The translations under genes and the position numbers were made by a program. Positions 38,339 through 48,500 of a DNA stretch of 64,000 bases are shown here, one piece after another; position 1 is the stretch's first letter; each line of letters starts with the position of its first letter. The DNA lies in assembly GCA_047947115.1 (NCBI GenBank), contig CP170459.1, forward strand, positions 1,248,001-1,312,000, in the 5' to 3' direction. The DNA comes from Verrucomicrobiota bacterium. GTDB taxonomy: Bacteria > Verrucomicrobiota > Verrucomicrobiia > Limisphaerales > AAA164-E04. The notes under the pieces are model-generated. The model was not told the origin of the DNA. It searched no databases and was given only the letters and a program-made list of their open reading frames with translations.

Positions 38339-39295
38339 TTAGGGAGTGGTTTTCGGTGTTGCCAGTGCTTTTGAAATGGTTGCGATGTTGTGCCCGACCC
38401 AACCTTCATAGGTACCAAGGTCGAATCTCAACCCCTTGTAGGATTCAATCTCTCCGGTCGTTCCCAGGGCATCAGAAAAGAGTTCACCGCCAATTTTTGT
38501 GCCCGAATCTTCGCTGATGCGTTTGATCGTAGCCGGTGACACACTTGATTCCACAAAAACAGCCGGGACATTTCTGGACTTGATAAAATCGACGATATGG
38601 ATGATGTCAGCCAATGGCGCTTCCGCTACAGTTGAGATTCCTTGTACCCCGACCACTTGCAGACCGAAGGCGTTTCCAAAGTAGTTGAATGCGTCATGAC
38701 TGGTTACCAAAACCCGTTTTTCCGTGGCAATTCCGTTGATTTGTTCCATACCCCAGCTGATCAATTTATCCAGCCTTTTGATGTAAGCATCCCGGTTGGC
38801 TTGATAGGTTTGCTTGCCGGAAGGGTCATGTTTGATAAGGATGGTGGTTATGGTTTCAACGCATTTCGTCCATAATCTCGGATCCCCCCAAATATGCGGG
38901 TCCCAATGCCCTTGTACGTTCGCTGGTTTCAATAACTTGCTATGAGCGATGTTTTCCGTCACAGCAAACACGGCTTTACCCTGCTTGTTTAAACGGTCCA
39001 GAAGATCTGACATTTTTCCTTCCAGCAGCAGTCCGTTGTAGAAGACAAGTTTGGCTCTGGAAAGTTTCAAGACATCAGAAGCAGCCGGCTTGTAGAGATG
39101 AGGGTCAACACCCGGCCCCATCAAACCTTCCACAGACACACGATCACCACCAATTTGTTTGACCGTATCGGTGATCATGGTCGTGGTTGTCACGATGTTG
39201 AGTGCCGCACCATGTAAACAACTGGAATTTAGGACAAAAAAGCTCATGCAAAACAACATCGAACGACCAAAAACCCAACTGAAGGAAGTTATCAT
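38339..39295 (-). CDS. Zn/Mn ABC transporter substrate-binding protein (TroA/MntC family)
   Basis: GPGVDPHLY, DPHIW, TSHDAFNYFG, FVESSV, LFSDALG. Confidence 0.92.
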   Translation of the reverse strand: MITSFSWVFGRSMLFCMSFFVLNSSCLHGAALNIVTTTTMITDTVKQIGGDRVSVEGLMGPGVDPHLYKPAASDVLKLSRAKLVFYNGLLLEGKMSDLLDRLNKQGKAVFAVTENIAHSKLLKPANVQGHWDPHIWGDPRLWTKCVETITTILIKHDPSGKQTYQANRDAYIKRLDKLISWGMEQINGIATEKRVLVTSHDAFNYFGNAFGLQVVGVQGISTVAEAPLADIIHIVDFIKSRNVPAVFVESSVSPATIKRISEDSGTKIGGELFSDALGTTGEIESYKGLRFDLGTYEGWVGHNIATISKALATPKTTP

Positions 39296-39334
39296 GGTGC
39301 CAAGTTAGTGGAAAAAATAATTGAATCAAGAAAT

Positions 39335-39357
39335 AAAGTTAGACTAATCTATGTTTT
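39335..39357. promoter_or_regulatory. Possible DtxR/MntR-type operator upstream of the metal SBP
   Basis: AT-flanked dyad TAGA-CTAA-TCTA (39340-39351) about 45 nt upstream of the start codon. Confidence 0.4.
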
Positions 39358-39401
39358 TTAAGAAGCCAATTATTCCATGCCTGGCCTGACGAACCCTCCT
39401 G

Positions 39402-40721
39402 TTATTTGTCCTGAATACGATAAAGATGTGTTTTGCTGCGTAGGATCAAGGCCTGATCGATAACGGCAGGAGAAGCCATGAATCCGGACCCCAATTCATT
39501 GATTCCAACAATTTCAAACGTTTCGGAAGCTTTAATGATGGTGGTTTTTCCTTCCTCACTGAAGAGATATATCAAATTGCTCCACAAAAGCGGTGAAGCT
39601 GAATAATTTCCACCCACTCTTTCTTGCCAAATGGGATTTCCGGAATGTGCGTCAATGCATGAAGCCACACCTCCGTCGTGGATCATATAAATCTTATCAT
39701 CATTGAAAATGAGCGAGGGCTTATTGGGAACGCTTCTTTTGAGTCGCCAGGAAACATGGGTATCAGTGACATTGCCTAAGCCGCCTGGCTGGACTGCCCA
39801 AAGTTCTCCTTTGGAAAATCCGGTGCAATAATAGATGCTATCATTGGAGACAGTCGGTCGAGTACTGGCTGAATGTCCGATTCTGGATTCAGTTCTCCAT
39901 AATTCATTGCCTGTGATAGGATCGTAACCATACAGAGCCTTTGATCCAATGCTTAAAAGTGTAGGGATTCCATTAAAAACAGCAACATGAGGTGTGGAGA
40001 AACCCTTGCGCCAGTCACCATCAGCCTCAGGCTTTCCGTTCGCATCCAGATCCATGTAGTCAATGGAGCGCTGCGTGCGCCATCTGGTTTCCCCGCTGGC
40101 CTTGTCGAGAGCGATGGTGAACTGGTGGTCGCTTCCATCGAAATTCATAATCAGCAGATTGTTGTATAAAATTGGAGAAGATCCTGCACCCCTGAAATGA
40201 TTGCATTCTATGTCATCTCGTTCCCATATTACCTTTCCGGTCTCACCGTCCAGACAGGCCGTTCCCGGGCTGCCAAAGGTGATGAATACGTGTCGATTGT
40301 CTACAACTGGGGTTGGAGAGGCATAGGAATTAAATTTGTGCGCAAATTGCGGGGCATCAATTGTGAAAAGTTGCTGATCCATTAAAATCGCTCCGGATGA
40401 GGCATCTATAGCGATGGCGAAAAGGTTTTTTCCATCTTCGGAGGCGGTTGTGACCCATACTTTGTCCTTCTGGATAACAGGCGAGGACCACCCCCGGTCA
40501 TGGATAGGTGTTTTCCAGGCGACATTATGCTGTTCATTCCATTGTGTTGGAAGAGATTTTGCAGAAGTGATGCCCTGACCGGTAGGGCCTCTGAACTGAT
40601 TCCAGGATTCTGCTGTCAATCTGTCTGAAAAGACCGAGGTTACCCAAATCAACAAGCAGTAGCATAAAGAAAACTTTAAACAATCACCGGGTTTCATGGA
40701 AGGATTCATGACCGAAAGCAC
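39402..40721 (-). CDS. PQQ-like beta-propeller repeat protein (BamB-like, PVC-expanded family)
   Basis: WNQFRGPTGQG, GWSSPV, SYASPTP, GAGSSP, YSASP, MASPA repeats. Confidence 0.88.
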   Translation of the reverse strand: MLSVMNPSMKPGDCLKFSLCYCLLIWVTSVFSDRLTAESWNQFRGPTGQGITSAKSLPTQWNEQHNVAWKTPIHDRGWSSPVIQKDKVWVTTASEDGKNLFAIAIDASSGAILMDQQLFTIDAPQFAHKFNSYASPTPVVDNRHVFITFGSPGTACLDGETGKVIWERDDIECNHFRGAGSSPILYNNLLIMNFDGSDHQFTIALDKASGETRWRTQRSIDYMDLDANGKPEADGDWRKGFSTPHVAVFNGIPTLLSIGSKALYGYDPITGNELWRTESRIGHSASTRPTVSNDSIYYCTGFSKGELWAVQPGGLGNVTDTHVSWRLKRSVPNKPSLIFNDDKIYMIHDGGVASCIDAHSGNPIWQERVGGNYSASPLLWSNLIYLFSEEGKTTIIKASETFEIVGINELGSGFMASPAVIDQALILRSKTHLYRIQDK

Positions 40722-40862
40722 TTCTGGAGGCCAGCTTTTTTTGGGAAGTTATTTTGAAAATAAATTGAAATAATCTTGGTTTTCCGGTGTCATTACGTTT
40801 ATTGACAGCCACACTCCGTGGGTGGACAGAATAGAAGAACCGAAACAAATAAAGTTAAATCT

Positions 40863-41696
40863 ATGAAGCAAATTCTAGCCGTATTATCCGTTGTTGCCGT
40901 CGTCGCCTCCTTGCAGGTGATTGGTGGTGACAAGAAGGGAGCTTGTTCCAGTTGCCCAAGCGCAAAAACCGCCGTGGGAGCCACTGCAGCAACTGAAGGT
41001 TCCGCATGTGCCGCATCCAAAACTGAAGTGGGCAGTGAAGCCAAATCCGAATGTGCATCCGGATCCTGTGAAAAAGGCAAAACCGCCGTGGGTGAAACTG
41101 CCGCATCTGAAGGAGCCGCTTGCGACGCTTCCAAGGCCAAGGTTGGCACAGAGGCAAAATCCGATTGCGGATCCTGTGAAAAGGGTAAAACTGCTGTGGG
41201 CGAACAAGCCAAATCAGATTGTAGCTCCTGCGAATCTTCCAAGACCGCAGTTGGAGAAAAAGCCAAAGCAGAATGCAGCCAGAAAACACTGACGTTCAAG
41301 GTGGGTGGAGCAGCTTGTGAAGAGTCCTGCGGCAACTTGGTCAAGACATTGACCAGCATCAAGGGCATCAGTACCGCTGAGTCTTGCTCTAAGAGCTCCA
41401 TGACCAAAATTTCCTACGATCCTGCCACGGTGAAATCCGAACAAATCGCCGCTGCTATCGTAAAGGCTGGATACAAAATCGAGGGTCAGCAGGTTTCCTT
41501 GCCTGTGGAAGGTATGGCTTGTGAAGCATGTTCAACCAAGGTTGGCAAAACCTTGACCAGCTTGGAAGGTGTGATCAGTGGTTCGGCTTGTCACGAAAGC
41601 AAGAAAGCCACCGTGCTCTACGATCCTGCAAAAGTGAAAGAGCAGCAGATCGTTGCCGCCATCAATGGCGCCGGTTTCAAGGCTTCCGCTCAATAA
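40863..41696 (+). CDS. Exported heavy-metal-associated protein with Cys-rich repeats and two HMA domains
   Basis: Signal peptide, six KTAVG..C repeats, HMA motifs GAACEESC and GMACEAC, YDP..V....I..AI..AGY/F. Confidence 0.82.
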   Translation: MKQILAVLSVVAVVASLQVIGGDKKGACSSCPSAKTAVGATAATEGSACAASKTEVGSEAKSECASGSCEKGKTAVGETAASEGAACDASKAKVGTEAKSDCGSCEKGKTAVGEQAKSDCSSCESSKTAVGEKAKAECSQKTLTFKVGGAACEESCGNLVKTLTSIKGISTAESCSKSSMTKISYDPATVKSEQIAAAIVKAGYKIEGQQVSLPVEGMACEACSTKVGKTLTSLEGVISGSACHESKKATVLYDPAKVKEQQIVAAINGAGFKASAQ

Positions 41697-41727
41697 GGCA
41701 ATTTAAAATCAATTGAATCAAAATCAG

Positions 41728-41758
41728 AAAAGCGTCCTCTCGTGAGGGCGCTTTTTTT
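41728..41758. terminator. Bidirectional intrinsic terminator
   Basis: AAAAGCGTCCTC-TCGT-GAGGGCGCTTTTTTT between convergent genes. Confidence 0.8.
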
Positions 41759-42029
41759 ATAGCAACATCTTTACGCCCTCAACTGATCGAATGGCTTGGT
41801 CTATTTCCAGCATTCGATCATGTGTTTCCACCATCAAAGAAACTTCAAAGCTGATGTATTTTCCTTTTTTGGATCGATTGGCTGGTTGAAAAGCGATGTC
41901 CTCAAGGCCGATTTCAACCAAAGCCAGATTCAAGTTTTTATGAATGCCCATCAAATCTATGCAAATGACCTTAAAATGGCACTCGGCTGGGAACAACGAT
42001 TCCTTTTCTTCTTTGGTCAACTCTCTCAT
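41757..42029 (-). CDS. DUF493/YbeD family protein
   Basis: LFPAECHFKVI..SKKGKYISF..VKMLL; ATG 42029 preferred. Confidence 0.8.
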   Translation of the reverse strand: MRELTKEEKESLFPAECHFKVICIDLMGIHKNLNLALVEIGLEDIAFQPANRSKKGKYISFEVSLMVETHDRMLEIDQAIRSVEGVKMLL

Positions 42030-42197
42030 GTCCGATTTCCTGAAATCTGGTTTAGTGGAGACTGCTCTTCTTTTCAATGTAATCCTTGAGGAAATGATGC
42101 AGTTGAAACGGTTTTGGTCAGATAAGATTTCGAGAATCTTTTGTCCTTCTTGCAGCACATGGGATTTTTATCCCATTCGATTTTGACAGAAGCATTC

Positions 42198-42596
42198 TTA
42201 ATTCCCAACAAACTGCGGGTGTTTCCAGATGGGCACCCGTTTTTTCATTTCGACGATAAGCCATTCGCACGCTTGGAATGCTTCCTGTCTGTGAGGAGAT
42301 GTCACTTCGACCCACAATGAGGATTCATTGACCGGGACATGGCCGATGCGGTGGATCAAACGGATGGATTCAATCGGCCATTTTTGTTCCACCTCGTCGA
42401 ATATCAATTTAAACTGATGCACAGCCATTTCTTCAAAGGCCTCATATACGATGGCATCAATTTTCCTTCCCTGTTCCCCCTCACGGACGATACCTGAAAA
42501 ATAAACGACAGCGCCCATCTGATGACTCAGGGTTCGTGATGAAACCATGAGGCCCTCATCAATGGGATCTTTGGTCAGTTCAATGGATCGTTTCAT
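42198..42596 (-). CDS. moaE: Molybdopterin synthase catalytic subunit
   Basis: GAVVYFSGIVR, YEAF..MA, HRIG, SPHRQEAF, KKRVPIWK. Confidence 0.92.
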   Translation of the reverse strand: MKRSIELTKDPIDEGLMVSSRTLSHQMGAVVYFSGIVREGEQGRKIDAIVYEAFEEMAVHQFKLIFDEVEQKWPIESIRLIHRIGHVPVNESSLWVEVTSPHRQEAFQACEWLIVEMKKRVPIWKHPQFVGN

Positions 42597-42620
42597 GATG
42601 ACTACAGTGATGCCCTGGAA

Positions 42621-42869
42621 TCAGCCACCCTGCACCGGAGGAAACAGGGAGATTTCTTCACCTTCAGACAGCACATGATCCGTAGCCACGTACTCCAGGC
42701 CAACCGCTACAAGCGTCGAGCGTTTCATGGATTCCAGTTTGGGAAATTTTTCGCGAACCATTTCCATTGCTTGTTCCAAAGTGGCGCCTTCTTCCAGATC
42801 GATCCTGATTGCCTCGCACCCGGTCAGATCCTTGAAGTAGGAGAAGAAATTGACTTTGATTTCAATCAT
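42621..42869 (-). CDS. moaD: Molybdopterin synthase sulfur carrier
   Basis: Ubiquitin-like fold ending FPPVQGG; ATG 42869 overlaps the hpt stop codon. Confidence 0.9.
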   Translation of the reverse strand: MIEIKVNFFSYFKDLTGCEAIRIDLEEGATLEQAMEMVREKFPKLESMKRSTLVAVGLEYVATDHVLSEGEEISLFPPVQGG

Positions 42870-43470
42870 TTGCTGTATGGGTTGCATGAGCATCGAGCAC
42901 GCCGATGAATGGAAGTTGGCGGAATTGCAAGGCAAAGTCCAGTCCGTAACCGACGACAAATTGATCAGGAATGAAAAAACCGACGAAATCCGCATCAACC
43001 GAATGTTCGGAGGGTTGCTGACGTTCTTTTCGCAATAAAACGCAGGTCCGAAGTGACGCGGGTTGGCTCAGGTGCAGCTTGTCGGTTACCTTGCGGAGTG
43101 TTTGGCCCGTATCCAGAATGTCGTCGATCACCAGGACATGCTTTTCTTTCAAATCGATTTGCATCGGATGGGTCCATGAAAGTTCACCCGATGCGACATT
43201 TTTGCCATAACTGGAAACTCCCATGAAATCGAGCTCGAAAGAAAAACGCCAATGGCGTACCAGGTCCGCAGTAAAGAGAAATGCACCTGACAGCAGACTC
43301 AATACCACTACCGGTTTGTCGTCAGGCATGCTTCGATCGATTTCATCCGCCAGTTCGCCCACTCGTTTTTGGATCAATTCTGAAGAAATCATCATCCCCT
43401 TCAGCATATCCGAATTCCAGGATGTCGGAACGGGTTCCAGACGGTTCAGAGTCAGATCAACGGGTTTCAT
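42862..43470 (-). CDS. hpt: Hypoxanthine phosphoribosyltransferase
   Basis: FMGVSSYG, VLVIDDILDTGQTL, FVVGYGLD, RQLPFIG. Confidence 0.93.
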   Translation of the reverse strand: MKPVDLTLNRLEPVPTSWNSDMLKGMMISSELIQKRVGELADEIDRSMPDDKPVVVLSLLSGAFLFTADLVRHWRFSFELDFMGVSSYGKNVASGELSWTHPMQIDLKEKHVLVIDDILDTGQTLRKVTDKLHLSQPASLRTCVLLRKERQQPSEHSVDADFVGFFIPDQFVVGYGLDFALQFRQLPFIGVLDAHATHTAND

Positions 43471-43485
43471 GACAATTCAATGGCT

Positions 43486-45534
43486 TCAAAAATCAAGCGA
43501 CGCTTTCAGCGCATCAAACATGGCGCTGCCTTTCTCCTGACTTGCTGGTCTGTGAAAAACACTGTCCACATGATCAACACATTCTTCCGGTAGCTCTGTC
43601 AGGAAGCGCGACGGGTGACTGGGGACAATCTGACCGTATTTCTTCCGGCTTTCACAATGGCTGATGGTCAACGATTCCATGGCCCGCGTAATGGCCACAT
43701 AAAAAAGGCGCCGTTCCTCATCCAGAGTTCCTTCCTCGACAGACCTGGTGTGGGGAAGGAGTCCCTGTTCCATCCCTACGATGTGTACGTGCGGATATTC
43801 CAGCCCCTTGCAACTGTGCATGGTGATCAGAGTGACTGCATCGGGAAGATCATCCTCGTTTTCAAAACGATCCTGGTCCAGCGTGATTTCCTCCAGAAAA
43901 CGGATCAATCTTGCTTCTCCGGTAACCGTCCCCAGAGCATCGGTCAGGCTGTCGATTGAGGAAAGGAGTTCATGCGCACTTTGCAGTCTGTTTTCCGCCA
44001 CTTTTGGATCTTTCTCCGAATGTTCCAGATCGACAAAGTAACCGGTTTGCTCAAGAAACCCTTTCGCCCACGCTGCGACATTGCCTTGTCCTTCTTCCTG
44101 CAGGAACTGACGGCACCCCTCTATGAACTCAATGAATGATTGGGCACTCTTGCGTGCTGCCGTGTGCAAACGGTCCAATACGTCGGTGTGCTTCATGACC
44201 GCGTACACCGAGGTTTTACGATCCTGACTGATCTGCAGGAGCGTTTGCATCGTTTTGGCGCTCAAACCCCGGGCCGGTACGTTGGCGATACGCAGTAGAC
44301 TGATGTCGTCATCGGGGTTGATCATGACTTTCAGATAGGCCAGCACATCCTTCACTTCCCGTCGATCAAAGTAGCTTTGACTGCCAACGAGCCGGTATTT
44401 CACCTTGGCGCTGCGCAAGGCGGTTTCGATGGGTCTGGCCTGTAGATTGGTGCGAAAGAGAATGGCCTGTTCCTTCCAGGGGATGTGGGTGGAGATGCGT
44501 TGCACCTCGATTTCCTCCACAATGCCATTCGCTTCCTCTTCGTCGGTTTCGAACAGGATCAACCGGATCGGTGTGCCATGTCCTTTTTGGGACCAAAGGG
44601 TTTTGTCTTTTCGGAGTGGATTGTTTCGGATGACGCCATTGGCGGCGTTCAAAATGGTGCTTGTTGAGCGATAATTCTGTTCGAGTTTGACGACTTTGAC
44701 CTCTGGATAATGATCCTCAAGATTCAACAAGTTGGCGATTTCCGCGCCACGCCATCCATAGATACTCTGATCGTCGTCGCCCACCACGCACAAGTTGCGA
44801 TGCTCCGAGGTCAACGCGTGAATGAGTTGGAATTGTTTCCCGTTTGTGTCCTGGTATTCGTCCACCATGACATAGCGATACATTTCCCTGCAGGCTGTCA
44901 AAGCCTCCGGATGCTCTTCAAAGAGCCGCAATGTCAGAATGATCAAATCATCGAAATCAACCGCGTTACACGCTTGAAGAGCCGTGTTGTAACGCTCCAT
45001 CAATCTTTGGGCGAGTTTGGCGGTGGAGGGATCCAGCCCCAGAGCGTCCAGCGATGAGGTATTTCTCAATCGACTCAGGAAACCAAGCCATTCTGCAGGT
45101 TTGATGTTGATATTGCTTTTGCTCCAGTCGCTCGTCAGTTTGCGAATCACACCAATCTGATCTGATTGATCGTAGATCACGAAATTCCGCTTGTACCCCA
45201 GTTTGTCGATGTAACGTCTCAATACCCGGACGCAGAATGAATGGAACGTGCAGATGGTCGGCTTGGTGTGGGCCGGCCCATCCTGCTTCGACGGGGATTT
45301 TTTCCTGGGTAGCAGCGCCCGGACACGTTCCTGCATCTCGCGCGCCGCTTTGTTGGTGAAAGTCACCGCCAGGATGTTGTGCGGCATCACACCCTTCTGT
45401 TGCAGATAGGCGATGCGATGGGTGATGACACGGGTCTTCCCCGTGCCCGCCCCGGCAAGAATCAATACGGGTCCGTGTGTGGTTTGAACGGCTTCTCTTT
45501 GTTGCGGATTGAGCTTGTTCAGCCACATGGACAC
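43486..45534 (-). CDS. UvrD/Rep/PcrA superfamily 1 DNA helicase
   Basis: AGAGTGKT, VDEYQDTN, VGDDDQSIY, LEQNYRS, TMHSCKGLE, EERRLFYVAITRA. Confidence 0.95.
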   Translation of the reverse strand: MSMWLNKLNPQQREAVQTTHGPVLILAGAGTGKTRVITHRIAYLQQKGVMPHNILAVTFTNKAAREMQERVRALLPRKKSPSKQDGPAHTKPTICTFHSFCVRVLRRYIDKLGYKRNFVIYDQSDQIGVIRKLTSDWSKSNINIKPAEWLGFLSRLRNTSSLDALGLDPSTAKLAQRLMERYNTALQACNAVDFDDLIILTLRLFEEHPEALTACREMYRYVMVDEYQDTNGKQFQLIHALTSEHRNLCVVGDDDQSIYGWRGAEIANLLNLEDHYPEVKVVKLEQNYRSTSTILNAANGVIRNNPLRKDKTLWSQKGHGTPIRLILFETDEEEANGIVEEIEVQRISTHIPWKEQAILFRTNLQARPIETALRSAKVKYRLVGSQSYFDRREVKDVLAYLKVMINPDDDISLLRIANVPARGLSAKTMQTLLQISQDRKTSVYAVMKHTDVLDRLHTAARKSAQSFIEFIEGCRQFLQEEGQGNVAAWAKGFLEQTGYFVDLEHSEKDPKVAENRLQSAHELLSSIDSLTDALGTVTGEARLIRFLEEITLDQDRFENEDDLPDAVTLITMHSCKGLEYPHVHIVGMEQGLLPHTRSVEEGTLDEERRLFYVAITRAMESLTISHCESRKKYGQIVPSHPSRFLTELPEECVDHVDSVFHRPASQEKGSAMFDALKASLDF

Positions 45535-45578
45535 ACTGTTCTAGGCAAACATGCTTTGGGTCAACGCTTGACTGGAAG

Positions 45579-48500
45579 TCAGGCCCCAAAGACGTTCAGC
45601 GGTTGCACTCCGATGGTTCCGTTCAGGAAATCCAGGTAATCCGGTTTGGCGACATCGGCTCGATTGGCTTTGGCCTCCTCCAGTCGTTCGGTCAGCTGAA
45701 GACGTTGTGCTTCCTCTTTGTAGCTGATCTTTGCCAAAAACGTCTTGAGATAATCGATATGCCGTTCCCACAAAGCGATTTCCAGTTTTTGTTTGGTTTT
45801 CAGTCTTTCAATGTACCAATCACTCTTCATGAGATGGTCGCGAGTGAACAACTTCCGAATTTCGGGATCATTCAATGTTTTTCCTTCGTAGGATCCTTCC
45901 ACCATGATGGTCAACAAGGCTTTCAAAGGAGGGCAGGCCGCGTCGATGCTTCTGTCATCAATATAGAGCAGCCCCACCCGCTTCTGCGTGGCTTCGATAT
46001 TGTCCAAACCGTCCACAAAAGTCTCTACACCCTGCAACTCAGGTTGCAGCATTTCTTTCGTGAATACCTTGTGAGGGTGATTGAAGACGCGTCCGAAAAA
46101 GTCGCGGACAAATTTCATGTTGATGCGATATCCCAGTCGGCTGAAGAACAGGGTTCTTCCTGCGTGTTCGACATCCTCGCATTTTTCCAGATAGCCATTC
46201 TCGATCAGATAGGATGCGTGACGTTCCTCATCCTTCATTCGACACCACACTTCCGGGATCAACATGCTGATATCATGTGCCACTTCTACGTTGGGGCCGA
46301 TATAACCGGCAGCCGTAACAAAACCGTCGTGTCCGGTGAGGATCATGGACACCAGGGCGTTGTTCAAATCAATGATCGGCGGCAAGGCATTGAACGGTCC
46401 CTTGGTCAGTGCGCCTTCCGAACCCGCTCCAGTGGTGGAAGGGGATTTTCCGGTCATGCTGCAGATGTACTCAATGAAAAGTTCCGGCAGATCCATGTAG
46501 TGGATGGGATTATAGACTGCCAACGGGCGGATGCCTGCATTGGCGTCGGCAGGGTTGTTGCGTCGGCCGGGAACCACCGCGTCCACCACTGAATACAGGG
46601 GATGGGTCCTATCCAGCTTTCGATGAAGTCGCATGGACATTTCTTCAAGATGGCAGGCGCGTTCGTTGATGAGGTCGGGACGGATTTCCAAATACCTGGG
46701 GTTTTTTGTAGGCTTGCCATTTACCATTCTGGGATGGGCGCTGCTCACAAAGTAGGTGGGCTTTTCGGATGCCTGTGCGCTTTTCACCAGATCCTGCATG
46801 GGTTGGGTGTATTGGTAGAACCCGATGGCGTCCTCGATGATGGCATCTGCATCTTCTTTTTTCAACGGTTCGAAGTTGGAAATAAAATTGCCCGTTTGTG
46901 CCAGATCCGCCTCTGCATGTTTGTCGTAACCCCGGATGATGGCGTCATCCGGTCTTTGGAAGAATCGGTATTCACAGTTTTTGATAAACTTGACCGAGCG
47001 ATCGTGATGATCAGGCATCACTCCTTCCAGATTTTTGTGGGAGACGACCACGCTTGCGGTGATGTCATCTTCCAGCGATTGTTTGGCGGCCGGATGGAAA
47101 TCTTTTCGAAGGCCGAACGTTCTCCAAAGTCCGTTGTCTTGAAAACCGACACGCAGGTAATTGGTGACCAGTTTACGGTTGTCACACTTCAGTTCGTTTC
47201 CGGGTTTACCATTGATGAGGTCGACCGTGAAATGTTCACGCCAGCCAGCTCCCCATTCGGGCCTGTAATAACGTTTCAGAACGAAGACAAGTTCTTTGAC
47301 ATATTGGGGAATGGACTCGAGCCAAGCGTTGTACTCGTCCGTATAGTCCTTGGCGGCCGGCGTCAACAATTTGATGACCGATCCCAGGGATCTTTCAGGG
47401 CTTAGAATGCCCCTTTGATCCTTCCGCGAACTGTCGCGGAAACGGTCGGAATAATCTTTTGCCAGGATTTCATCGACTTTTTCCAGATCTGGATGGATGT
47501 CAGCCACGATGACGGGGCCCTGAATGATGGCATCCGTGATGGGTTTGGATATTTCGGATTTGCCCCCACCGGAAACCGTGCATGGTTTGTGGCAAAGCAG
47601 GCCTTCCGCGACGGTACCCACCAGTCGCCAGGAGCGGTTGCCGGGAGGTTTTTCCATTTGAACCTTGTAACCTGAAGGGCGCACATAAGTTTTACCCACC
47701 AGAAGGCTTATGGATTGTTCACCTTCGTCATTCGTCCATGTAACCTTCTGTTGATGCAGGTCGAAGTGAACGTTTTCGGCTACATAGATGATGTCCGGAA
47801 ACCGTTTATCCACCGCATAACCCTCCGGTTTGGCATCCATGACATCCGCGAACCTTTCCACCATGTCCTTGAAGCTGTGACCGCGTCGTTTGACGTGCAG
47901 GTGTCCGCTGAATTCCTCGCCCAGATCGTAGCTGGGATATACCATGGCGCCTCCTGCATGCTCTTCTTCCGCCAAACCGTACAAGTTTGCCGAATAACTG
48001 ATCTGGGTTTTTACTTCCTTTTTGCAATAGCCGAAATAGTTGTCGGCAATGATGGTGACCATCACCCCTTTTTCATCGCGGGCGCAAAGTTTGAAAGCCG
48101 TGCCGCCGTTGTAGCGTTCATCCGGATCTTTCCAGCACATGCCTTGTTCACGTTGTTTTTCGGTGGCGTCGTCATAGTGAGGGAGCCCGGCGTCTTTCTT
48201 TTTGACCCGTGTCAGATGCGGTGCAAGGATCACGCAACCGGTGTGCCCGGTCCAGTGGTGCACATCCAATCCGGCATCATTTTCGGGTAGCTGAGGATCG
48301 CCGGCGTTGCCAAAAATACTTTCCACAAAGTCCAGATTGCTAACCAGATTTCCGGGGGCGAAAAATCGAATTTCACTGCGTTTCTCCTTGATGACTCCAG
48401 GCACCTCCGGCACGACCAGGGGACGCAGTAGTAAAGAAACAAAACATTCGGCTTTTGTTTCCAAATTGCTCGTGAACGGCAGTTGCATCAGGGAGGAAGG

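Noticed and set aside
40799..41444. Repetitive minus-strand ORFs
   Set aside because: They mirror the coding repeats of the plus-strand HMA protein.
43486..45534. UvrD helicase as part of an anti-phage system (e.g. Gabija)
   Set aside because: It is a canonical housekeeping-length helicase among hpt/moa genes with no adjacent nuclease partner.
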